The notes: generated by a model from the sequence alone, not told the origin. Numbered from the stretch's first letter, positions 26,649-33,535 are shown. The stretch: DNA of 39,726 nt from a virus (IMGVR_UViG_3300048576_000445:1-39726); one strand, 5' to 3'. Numbers and translations: made by a program.

Positions 26649-27644
26649 TCAGTCCCCTGTCTTGAAGCTGGGGTCATTGACCCACTCGGGGATCAAGGCC
26701 GGGTTGATGTCCGGGATGCCGAAGCGATCGCGCAGGGCGGTGATGTCAGCTTGAACCTGGCCCAGGGCGCCGGCCAGGAAGGCCAGGTCGATGGGCTCGC
26801 CTTCTTCCACGTAGATGATGTCCATCGCCTCGATGGCGGCGGTGAATTTGCCCAGGATGGCACCGCGCACGTCGTTCATCTGGCGGGTGAGTTCTTCGCG
26901 CAGGGACATCATTCGCTGGTGCGGTGGCGCCGACTTGGCCAGCGCCAGTTCGTCGATCTGCGCATTCTTGTGGGTGAGCAGCTTTTCCTTGGCGTCGACC
27001 TCGCCCTGCATGTCGCGGACCTTCTTGCGCAACTCTCTGACTGACATACCGGCAATGTCATCCAGCTTGAGTTCGCCGGTTTCACCAGTCAGCGCCAGTT
27101 CTTCGAGCTGTTCGTCATCGAGAACAATGAGTTCGAGCAGCTTGGTTTGACTTTCCACAACCTTTGTCAAATGCGCCGTTGACGGCGCATTTGAAACCTT
27201 ACGTGCGACCTGCATGTACTTCTGCGCAACACGCGGCTCGAAGCGAAGCACTTCGAGGCGAGCAACGAATTCGCCATGTTGGCAGGCTTCCTTCAGGCAG
27301 ATCAGACCGAGGCCGATCTGTAGCATCGCTTCTGCGGTGCGGCGCATGTTGACCGCGATATCACGCTGAATCATGTCCGGGTCGGTGCAGTCGCTCGGCA
27401 ACTGGTAGCCGACCTGTGCGGCGACGGCGCGAACTCGCGCAGCGTGCTGGTTATCGGCCAGCGCTACGGCCTGGGCGTCTTCCCGCATGTTTTCCATCGC
27501 ACCGGCGAACTTCGGGCCGTCGATGATTTCTTCGGCGGCGATGATCTCCGGCGCCTTGGCGGGCTTGCGACCACGCTGCAGGATGGCTGCTGCCTTTTTT
27601 TCGTCGCGCTCGGCGGCGCGAGCAAAGGGGTTTTCTTCGGACAC
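26649..27644 (-). CDS. DUF3102-like protein (331 aa, GTG start)
   Basis: IGLGLICLKEACQHGEF...PRVAQKYMQVARK; usual position upstream of A in B3-like phages; AGGAG RBS. Confidence 0.8.
   Translation of the reverse strand: MSEENPFARAAERDEKKAAAILQRGRKPAKAPEIIAAEEIIDGPKFAGAMENMREDAQAVALADNQHAARVRAVAAQVGYQLPSDCTDPDMIQRDIAVNMRRTAEAMLQIGLGLICLKEACQHGEFVARLEVLRFEPRVAQKYMQVARKVSNAPSTAHLTKVVESQTKLLELIVLDDEQLEELALTGETGELKLDDIAGMSVRELRKKVRDMQGEVDAKEKLLTHKNAQIDELALAKSAPPHQRMMSLREELTRQMNDVRGAILGKFTAAIEAMDIIYVEEGEPIDLAFLAGALGQVQADITALRDRFGIPDINPALIPEWVNDPSFKTGD
27167..27194. repeat. Perfect 13-bp inverted repeat (2-nt loop) inside the DUF3102 gene
   Basis: TCAAATGCGCCGT-TG-ACGGCGCATTTGA. Confidence 0.9.
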
Positions 27645-27652
27645 GATGTCTC

Positions 27653-27970
27653 CTAATCCGGGTTACGGTTGAAACGGTTCTTGGCTTCCTGCAGGCGCCG
27701 CTCGGCGGCGTCGATCGCTGTCCAGACCTTGATGGCCTGCTGCGGCAGGCGCGGCGTCAGGCGCCAGGCGCCGGTGGTTTCGTCGCGGTCGGCCAAGCCG
27801 GCAAGCTGCAGGTTGAAGAGGTCGCGGGTCATCACCGCCGGCGAGCAATTGACGTGGCGCGCCAGCACGGCCGGCGTCATGCCATTAACGACGTCGCCGA
27901 ACAGCATCAAGATCAGCTTGAGGATTCGCTGCTGGCCGTCGTTGGTGTAATCGGTGGCGCGCTCGCTCAT
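27653..27970 (-). CDS. IclR-like winged HTH protein (105 aa)
   Basis: QQRILKLI...GMTPAVLARHVNCSPAVMTRDLFNLQLAGLADRDETTGAWRL. Confidence 0.8.
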   Translation of the reverse strand: MSERATDYTNDGQQRILKLILMLFGDVVNGMTPAVLARHVNCSPAVMTRDLFNLQLAGLADRDETTGAWRLTPRLPQQAIKVWTAIDAAERRLQEAKNRFNRNPD

Positions 27971-28302
27971 GCCGACACCCGATTCAACTTTTGACCATTG
28001 AGTAAGCAGTTGGCGTAGAGGTCATCGTCAAGCGCCTTATTGCGCTTGACGGCTGCATCGACTTTTTCTTGTGCGGCCTGGCATTCCTCACGAAAGCCAG
28101 CCAGGCGCAGCACGTTGCTCAAGGAGCTGAACTGGTCTTTCAGGGTCGCTTCGACTTCGAAAATCTGGCGAGTCGCCGCCGACCATTCGATCTTGTTATC
28201 ACGCAGAAGCTGCGCGTAACCATCGATCATGCGGTCATGTGTGGCGATATCGTGATCGACCTGGGCGATGATCAGACTGACTGGGATGGTGAGTTCAGAC
28301 AT
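27967..28302 (-). CDS. Hypothetical helical protein (111 aa from ATG 28302)
   Basis: AGGAGG RBS; ATGA overlap with the next gene; AT-richer. Confidence 0.65.
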   Translation of the reverse strand: MSELTIPVSLIIAQVDHDIATHDRMIDGYAQLLRDNKIEWSAATRQIFEVEATLKDQFSSLSNVLRLAGFREECQAAQEKVDAAVKRNKALDDDLYANCLLNGQKLNRVSA

Positions 28303-28786
28303 GACGCGCCTCCTGAGTGTTTTCAAGGTCCAGCTCGGGCTGGCTGTTCTTGCGTACGTTTTCGCGGTGCCAGGCCAGCGCCTGCATGGCGTGCAACAGC
28401 GCCGCCATGGTCTGATCGGCGTCTGCCTGACCTTCGCCGAAGGCGATCAGCGCGCCAATGGCGCTGTGCGTAACGCTCTGCAGGCCCTGTACGTCGGCGG
28501 CGCCATGCGGCTTGCCGCGCGGGATGTCGATCAGCAGCCGGCCGCCCTGGCTGGCGAGGTAGCGCATCACGGCGTGGCCGCCGGTGGCATGCTCCCAGGC
28601 AGCCAGTGCGCTGACCGGCATGCGCAGCTCTTCGATCCAGTCGTACAGCGTGCCCGGGCGCATGTTGTTCATCAGCTCGGCAATGCGCTCCATGCCGCGC
28701 CTGTTCCTATCCAGCGCTGTGCGCTTGTCCTGTTCGAAAGCTGCTCGGAGGCTGGTTGCGGGGCGCTCCGAAAAACGTTTTCCCAT
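28295..28786 (-). CDS. Early regulatory-type protein with HTH-like segment (163 aa)
   Basis: MERIAELM...GTLYDWIEELRMP...WEHATG; AAGGAG RBS. Confidence 0.72.
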   Translation of the reverse strand: MGKRFSERPATSLRAAFEQDKRTALDRNRRGMERIAELMNNMRPGTLYDWIEELRMPVSALAAWEHATGGHAVMRYLASQGGRLLIDIPRGKPHGAADVQGLQSVTHSAIGALIAFGEGQADADQTMAALLHAMQALAWHRENVRKNSQPELDLENTQEARHV

Positions 28787-28890
28787 TCGGTATCTCCTTC
28801 CCTGGCGTGATCGAAAAATGTTCTTGGTTTGTCGCTATTCAAATGCGTTGCCGGTGACTAAATTGGAGCCATCGCAACGGATGGAGAAGG

Positions 28891-29409
28891 TCATGAATCG
28901 GGACGAAGCAATTGCTCAGGCACTGGAAGACTTGCTTGCCGAGGTGCATCGCCTGCAGATGGTTGAACAGGTGCAGAAAGGGATGTGGACGGTGCTGGTG
29001 CGGCACCTTGTGGCAGACGGGCACCTTGATCTTCAGGCGCTTCGGCAAAGCATTGAGCACATGTCGGATGCGCAGGATGACGAAGACTGGAAATCGCTTC
29101 ATGCGGGCTACGCAGAAATGCTTGATGTGCTGAATAGCTTTTCATCAGCACGCCGCTGATCGCTATGGCCTGCTTGGTACTGATCATGAGAGGAGACGGT
29201 TGGTTATTCATCGGGTCCGGGTACAGATCATCCGGAAGCGCCGGGCAGTCGGTCGGGTCCAATAGTTGGTGCCCTCTGGTTTCGCCGGCGAGTACCCTGC
29301 AGCAGTGCCCACCTCCAGGGCCGCTCTGGTCGCTGTTCCGGCAGTCGGCACACAGATCACCGCCATCGGCGTACTTCTCAATAAAATCCAATGCTCCGTC
29401 GTTATTCAT
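28891..29409 (-). CDS. Cys-containing hypothetical protein; C-terminal half runs antisense through the 88-aa gene
   Basis: ATG 29409 coupled to the upstream stop; CADC...CC...C in the first 60 aa; the rest looks like read-through. Confidence 0.45.
   Translation of the reverse strand: MNNDGALDFIEKYADGGDLCADCRNSDQSGPGGGHCCRVLAGETRGHQLLDPTDCPALPDDLYPDPMNNQPSPLMISTKQAIAISGVLMKSYSAHQAFLRSPHEAISSLRHPAHPTCAQCFAEAPEDQGARLPQGAAPAPSTSLSAPVQPSAGDAPRQASLPVPEQLLRPDS
28893..29159 (+). CDS. Counter-oriented small acidic protein inside the early operon (88 aa)
   Basis: GGAGAAGG RBS before ATG 28893; protein-like amphipathic helical sequence; AT-richer upstream spacer. Confidence 0.7.
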   Translation: MNRDEAIAQALEDLLAEVHRLQMVEQVQKGMWTVLVRHLVADGHLDLQALRQSIEHMSDAQDDEDWKSLHAGYAEMLDVLNSFSSARR

Positions 29410-29662
29410 GGTGTTGCCCCGAATCGATCCGACCACTGAACGGGAGCGACGCGAGCGGATATTCGCGGCACACCGGGATCTGGCGACGGGTGCTGTCGTG
29501 CAGGATTTCGCACTCGTCGGCGGCGGTCAGCAGCGCGGCGGCCAACTGGCGGAGTTGAGCTGGCGTGAGTTCAGCACCTTCGCCAGGCAGGTCGGAGACG
29601 ACCGCCAGCGGTGCGCCATGGCGGGTGACGGTGTGTTTGACGTGCAGGGTTCGCGCTGACAT
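29402..29662 (-). CDS. Hypothetical early protein (86 aa from ATG 29662)
   Basis: GAGG RBS; LTPAQLRQLAAALLTAADECE motif. Confidence 0.7.
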   Translation of the reverse strand: MSARTLHVKHTVTRHGAPLAVVSDLPGEGAELTPAQLRQLAAALLTAADECEILHDSTRRQIPVCREYPLASLPFSGRIDSGQHHE

Positions 29663-29669
29663 GGCGACC

Positions 29670-30230
29670 TCACGCGGCGAGCAGGCCGAGGCGGCGGGCG
29701 CTGCGGCGGTGATAGCTGATGGATGCGGGGGACTTGCCGAGTGGCTCGGCGATTTCGGCGCGGGAATAGCCCGCTTCGGTAGCTTCAACCACCGGGCGCA
29801 ACATCGGACGAACCTGCTCAAGGGCGCGAGCAAAGCGGGCGGTTCTGGCGATCAGCTCGGCTTCGATGGCGTTGAAGGCTTCGAGGAAGGCGATCTTCCA
29901 GGCCAGTGCATCGCGGCCGGTGAAACCCATCGCCAGGATGGCGAAGCCGTTGTGCGTCAGGCGGTATTCCGGCTTCAGGCGACCGCGCGAATCGGTGTAT
30001 TCAATGGACGCAAAATTGCGTTCATTGAAGGAGGGATCGGGGCTATCGGCGAGCAGCTTCTGAATGGCGCGGAGTACTTCGGTATGCCGCTTTCCGAAGC
30101 GCTCGGCAACAGCCCGGGAAGTGGTGAATGGCTGGCCACCAGTGGAAAGGAACAGCGCTTGACGGGCGGCGAGCGGGTTGGGCAGGTTGAGGGCAAACTG
30201 CGCTGCGGCTGCTTGCGGGGATGAGGACAT
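29670..30230 (-). CDS. rha: Rha-family regulatory protein with C-terminal HTH (186 aa)
   Basis: TTSRAVAERFGKRHTEVLRAI...NFASIEYTDSRGR...YRLTHNGFAILAMGFTGRDALAWKIAFLEAFNAIE. Confidence 0.92.
   Translation of the reverse strand: MSSSPQAAAAQFALNLPNPLAARQALFLSTGGQPFTTSRAVAERFGKRHTEVLRAIQKLLADSPDPSFNERNFASIEYTDSRGRLKPEYRLTHNGFAILAMGFTGRDALAWKIAFLEAFNAIEAELIARTARFARALEQVRPMLRPVVEATEAGYSRAEIAEPLGKSPASISYHRRSARRLGLLAA
30000..30029. repeat. 14-bp inverted repeat (one mismatch, 2-nt loop) inside rha
   Basis: TTCAATGGACGCAA-AA-TTGCGTTCATTGAA. Confidence 0.88.
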
Positions 30231-30269
30231 GTCTATCTCCTGTGAAAACGGCTTACAAAATGGGACAAT

Positions 30270-30449
30270 TCAAACGGGCGACTTGAGACCAAGCCTGACG
30301 GCGATTTCGTGTCCTCTCCCCCAGCGGGCCTTGTTCTGCCCGTTGAGTACCAGATACACATCGCGGCGGCTGTAGCCGTGTTCCTTGGCCCAGTCACTGA
30401 AAGTTTTCCCTTGTTGGCGAAATTTGTTTTTTAGTTGCTCGGCGGTCAT
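30270..30449 (-). CDS. BcepMu gp16-family / Ner-Cro-like DNA-binding protein (59 aa; not in the ORF track)
   Basis: Manual translation MTAEQLKNKFRQQGKTFSDWAKEHGYSRRDVYLVLNGQNKARWGRGHEIAVRLGLKSPV; AAGGA RBS; divergent from repressor. Confidence 0.9.
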   Translation of the reverse strand: MTAEQLKNKFRQQGKTFSDWAKEHGYSRRDVYLVLNGQNKARWGRGHEIAVRLGLKSPV

Positions 30450-30459
30450 GGTGTTGTCC

Positions 30460-30510
30460 TTGTTATGAACTTGCTATGAACTTTAGTCCATTTAAATGAC
30501 CAAATCAAGA
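30460..30510 (-). promoter_or_regulatory. Lysis-lysogeny switch: early sigma70-type promoter with candidate operators
   Basis: Minus strand TTGATT (30503-30508)-N17-TAAAGT (30480-30485); palindrome CATTTAAATG (30489-30498) in the spacer; tandem TTG(T/C)TATGAAC x2 (30460-30481). Confidence 0.75.
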
Positions 30511-30516
30511 GGATGT

Positions 30517-30957
30517 ATGGAAAATTTTTCAGAGATACTTGGCCGGTTGAAGCACGAACTGAGGGTCAGCAAAGACCAGGAAATCGCCGACTTTCTTGGA
30601 ATGAGCAAATCAGCCTTCGCTGAACGAAAGAGGCGAGGCGCGTTTCCAGCAGAAAAACTGCACGCCGCAGCCAGCGATCGTCCCGAACTAAAGCTGGACG
30701 CCGACTACGTGCTGACCGGGGTTACGCGTGAGGCGCATGCTCGTCTTGCCGAAAATCGAGCTGCGGGTGAGCGGCGGGCTGCTGACGGCGGCGATTTTCG
30801 TGCCGGATGGCAAGACAACGACAGGGGCATGTCGTATATTCAGCGAGCCCTGGAGGTTGACCGTGATGGATTCGCAGTAATTGCACAGGCATGGTCAACC
30901 TTGCCAGCGGATGCCCGGCTAGCGCTCGTTGTTCTGGCAAAAGCAACCTTAAATTAA
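30517..30957 (+). CDS. Prophage repressor, CI-type HTH without S24 peptidase domain (146 aa from ATG 30517)
   Basis: ILGRLKHELRVSKDQEIADFLGMSKSAFAERKRRGAFP...DYVLTG; AAGAGGA RBS. Confidence 0.85.
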   Translation: MENFSEILGRLKHELRVSKDQEIADFLGMSKSAFAERKRRGAFPAEKLHAAASDRPELKLDADYVLTGVTREAHARLAENRAAGERRAADGGDFRAGWQDNDRGMSYIQRALEVDRDGFAVIAQAWSTLPADARLALVVLAKATLN

Positions 30958-30963
30958 GGTTGC
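30943..30963. promoter_or_regulatory. Perfect 21-bp palindrome over the repressor stop codon (candidate operator)
   Basis: GCAACCTTAA-A-TTAAGGTTGC. Confidence 0.55.
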
Positions 30964-31013
30964 GCCATGAAACCCGCGCAAAAGAATGCCATCGCCAACG
31001 AAGGGAAAACAGC

Positions 31014-31472
31014 ATGACTCGACAGCGCGGCTTCGGCCTGTTTCACATCATCCTGATCATCCTCATTGTCGCAATCGGTAGCGTGTCGTGGAAAACCTAT
31101 CAAAAAACGCAGGCAGAGGCTGAAATCAAGGCTCGCCTTGAGAAAGAGCGGAACGAGATCAAGAAATCCATCAGCGATCTGGAGACAACTTTCGAAAAAT
31201 GGAGTGACGCCGACAAGATCGCGTCCAGTGCGCCACGAGTCGCTCTAGCTGGCCCGGTAGCACGCCTGCAGGAGATCAAGCGAGAAACCGCCGCAATGAA
31301 CTTTGCGCCGTGCCTGGCGAATGCCAAAACAGCCTTGGTCGAAGGAATGTCTCTGCGCATTGATGCCTACGTGTCATTCATGCAGCAGCGCAACTTGGCC
31401 GACGACATGATTGCCTCGATTGGAAAATTCCGTGAATTCGAACAGCTCATGCTGGTTTGCAAGGAAAAGTAA
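31014..31472 (+). CDS. Membrane-anchored protein with type IV prepilin-like N-terminus (152 aa from ATG 31014)
   Basis: MTRQRG|FGLFHIILIILIVAIGSV; AAGGGA RBS; Cys100 and Cys149. Confidence 0.75.
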   Translation: MTRQRGFGLFHIILIILIVAIGSVSWKTYQKTQAEAEIKARLEKERNEIKKSISDLETTFEKWSDADKIASSAPRVALAGPVARLQEIKRETAAMNFAPCLANAKTALVEGMSLRIDAYVSFMQQRNLADDMIASIGKFREFEQLMLVCKEK

Positions 31473-31511
31473 CCGCTTCCTGGCCGACATCTCTTCGCTA
31501 CCCCTCCCCAC

Positions 31512-31566
31512 AAAACCAAAGCCCTTTATTTAGGCCGCCCTCGCGCGCGCGGGCAATCTGTCGGCA
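31512..31566 (+). promoter_or_regulatory. Mor/C-type late promoter for the lysis-packaging operon
   Basis: AAAACCAAAGCCCTTTATT (31512-31530) is identical to the reverse complement of 15900-15918; CAATCT at the same 26-nt spacing (31554-31559). Confidence 0.8.
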
Positions 31567-31587
31567 TACCAATGCCGGAGATTGCCC
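31551..31587. repeat. Long hairpin overlapping the -10/+1 of the lysis promoter
   Basis: GGGCAATCT-GT-CGGCAT-ACCA-ATGCCG-G-AGATTGCCC. Confidence 0.8.
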
Positions 31588-31652
31588 ATGCCCGTCAACG
31601 CGCCGTCCTTTGATGCTGCCATTGCTCCCCGATCGATCCCGGGTTGAAGACA

Positions 31653-32255
31653 ATGGCAAAAAATCAACTTAGCCAGAACGACTTTGAGCAGGCTGCTTTA
31701 GCGCTGTCTGTTCCCGTCGCGACCGTCAAAGCGGTCACCGAGGTGGAGAGCCGGGGAAACGGCTTCTACGCCAATGGCCATCCGGTAATTCTGTTCGAGC
31801 GACACATCATGTACCGCCGGCTCAAGGACTACATCGGCAAGCAGCGCGCCGATGCTTTCACCAAGAGCAATCCCAATATCGTCAATCCGATTTCCGGCGG
31901 ATACCGGGGGGGCGTCGCGGAATGTGAGCGGCTGGACGAGGCTGCAAAGATCGACCGCACCTGTGCGCTTGAGTCGGCGAGCTGGGGATTGTTCCAGATC
32001 ATGGGATTTCACTGGCGTCCGCTGGGCTTCGAATCGGTTCAGGAGTTCGTCAATTCGATGTACCGCGACGAGGCATCTCAACTGGATGCATTCGTGCGTT
32101 TCGTGAAAGCAAATCCGGGCATCTGGTGGGCGCTGAAGGCCAGGGACTGGGCAAAGTTCGCCAGGAACTACAACGGTCCGAATTACGCGGCAAACCACTA
32201 CGACAGCAAGATTGCCGCTGCTTTCAAGCGGTTCCACACGGAGGTTGCTTTATGA
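31653..32255 (+). CDS. Endolysin, N-acetylmuramidase (DUF3380-like)
   Basis: VKAVTEVESRGNGF...ILFERH...ALESASWGLFQIMGFHW...FARNYNGPNY. Confidence 0.93.
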   Translation: MAKNQLSQNDFEQAALALSVPVATVKAVTEVESRGNGFYANGHPVILFERHIMYRRLKDYIGKQRADAFTKSNPNIVNPISGGYRGGVAECERLDEAAKIDRTCALESASWGLFQIMGFHWRPLGFESVQEFVNSMYRDEASQLDAFVRFVKANPGIWWALKARDWAKFARNYNGPNYAANHYDSKIAAAFKRFHTEVAL

Positions 32256-32854
32256 ACTGGAAGGACATCGCGGGCGTCGTCGGTAAGGCGGCGCCGATTG
32301 TGGGGGGCATCCTGGGCGGCCCGGCTGGCTCTGCCGTCGGCGCCCTGGTGGCGACGGCGCTGGGCACGGATGCGACGCCGGACGCGGTTTCCGCGGCGCT
32401 GCTGCAAGACCCGGCGGCGGCGGTGAAGCTGAAGGAACTGGAGGTCAATTCGCGCATCCAGTTGCAGCAACTGGCGGTGGCGGCGGAACAGAACCGCCTG
32501 CAGGCGTCGGCGGCGCAGTATGCGGCCGAGGCAGCGGACCGGGACAGCGCCCGCCGGCTGGCGGCAGGGCAGACCAGTGACTGGGTGCGGCCGACGGTGA
32601 CGGTGTTGCTGCTGCTCGGCGCGATCGGCATCGTGATCTTCGTCTTTGCCGGCATGGCGGATTCGTTGCTGCGCGACGCGACGGCGAGCCTGACGATCGG
32701 CACGGTCATCGGCTACTGGTTCAACGAACTGAAGCAGGTGCTGGCGTTCTGGTTTGGCACTACCGGCGAAACTCAGCGCGCGAATGCCGAGGTTCGGCAG
32801 TTCGCGGTGACGCCCGGCTCGGTAACCCTCGACCGGGAGGTGTCTGGTGGGTGA
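32252..32854 (+). CDS. Holin-like membrane protein (3TM-holin type, 200 aa from ATG 32252)
   Basis: APIVGGILGGPAG...DRDSARR...WVRP + two TM helices...AFWFG; GGAGG RBS; follows endolysin. Confidence 0.75.
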   Translation: MNWKDIAGVVGKAAPIVGGILGGPAGSAVGALVATALGTDATPDAVSAALLQDPAAAVKLKELEVNSRIQLQQLAVAAEQNRLQASAAQYAAEAADRDSARRLAAGQTSDWVRPTVTVLLLLGAIGIVIFVFAGMADSLLRDATASLTIGTVIGYWFNELKQVLAFWFGTTGETQRANAEVRQFAVTPGSVTLDREVSGG

Positions 32855-33062
32855 TCTGATGGATTTCGCGCAGCAGCGCGAGGAAGAGATGCGCCAGGAC
32901 GCGCTGGATCGGCATGCTCGGCGTAACGAGTTGCAGCCGATCGAGAGCGCCGAGTTCTGCATCTTGTGCGAGTGCCCGATCCCGGAGGGGCGCCGCCTGC
33001 ATGTTCCCGGTGTTCAGACCTGCATTGAGTGTCAGGAAGACCTGGAAAGGGCATTTCAATGA
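32847..33062 (+). CDS. TraR/DksA C4 zinc-finger protein (71 aa)
   Basis: DLMDFA (DxxDxA) and CILCECPIPEGRRLHVPGVQTCIECQ. Confidence 0.9.
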   Translation: MGDLMDFAQQREEEMRQDALDRHARRNELQPIESAEFCILCECPIPEGRRLHVPGVQTCIECQEDLERAFQ

Positions 33063-33535
33063 TGATCCAGCTTGAACTGTGGCAGTTGCTGATTTCCGGC
33101 GCCGGGTTGTTGCTCACTTTTCTGGGCGGCGTGTGGGGTATCGCCGTGTTCATCCTGGCGCAGATGGAGAAACGCCTGGATGAGCGGTTCGCCGGTCAGG
33201 AAAAGTCCCGCGAAGAGGAAAAGGAAATTCGCGCGGCGCAGTTGTCCGGCATTGAAAGTCAGTTGGAGCGGCAGGAGCAGGCGCGCGAGGCAGGCAAGAA
33301 GCATTGGGATGACCAGTTTTATGAGATCGACAAGCAGCTTGCTAATCATCGCGAGCGGATCGGGCGGCTGGAGAAGGCTTCCGAGGTTGGGCCAACGCAT
33401 AAGGATTTGTCCGATCTGCATGAACGCATGAACGGCATCGCGGAGGATTTGTCGTTGCTTTCCGGTGAGTTCAAAGGCGTCAGCCACCTCCTCAAGACGA
33501 TTCACAACTTCTTGATGACCGGAGGAAAACCGTGA
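33059..33535 (+). CDS. Membrane-anchored coiled-coil protein, Mu gp25/DUF2730-like (158 aa)
   Basis: N-terminal TM; RIGRLEK...PTHKDLSDLHERM; position before gp26. Confidence 0.7.
   Translation: MMIQLELWQLLISGAGLLLTFLGGVWGIAVFILAQMEKRLDERFAGQEKSREEEKEIRAAQLSGIESQLERQEQAREAGKKHWDDQFYEIDKQLANHRERIGRLEKASEVGPTHKDLSDLHERMNGIAEDLSLLSGEFKGVSHLLKTIHNFLMTGGKP

Noticed and set aside
27624-27633. AAAGGGGTTT as a fourth late promoter dyad
   Set aside because: One mismatch and no -10-like hexamer at the 26-nt spacing; lies inside an early CDS.
30460-30481. Tandem 11-bp repeat as CRISPR or transposase end sites
   Set aside because: Only two adjacent copies without spacer, located at the early promoter; better explained as operator sequence. 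No CRISPR array or cas gene seen.
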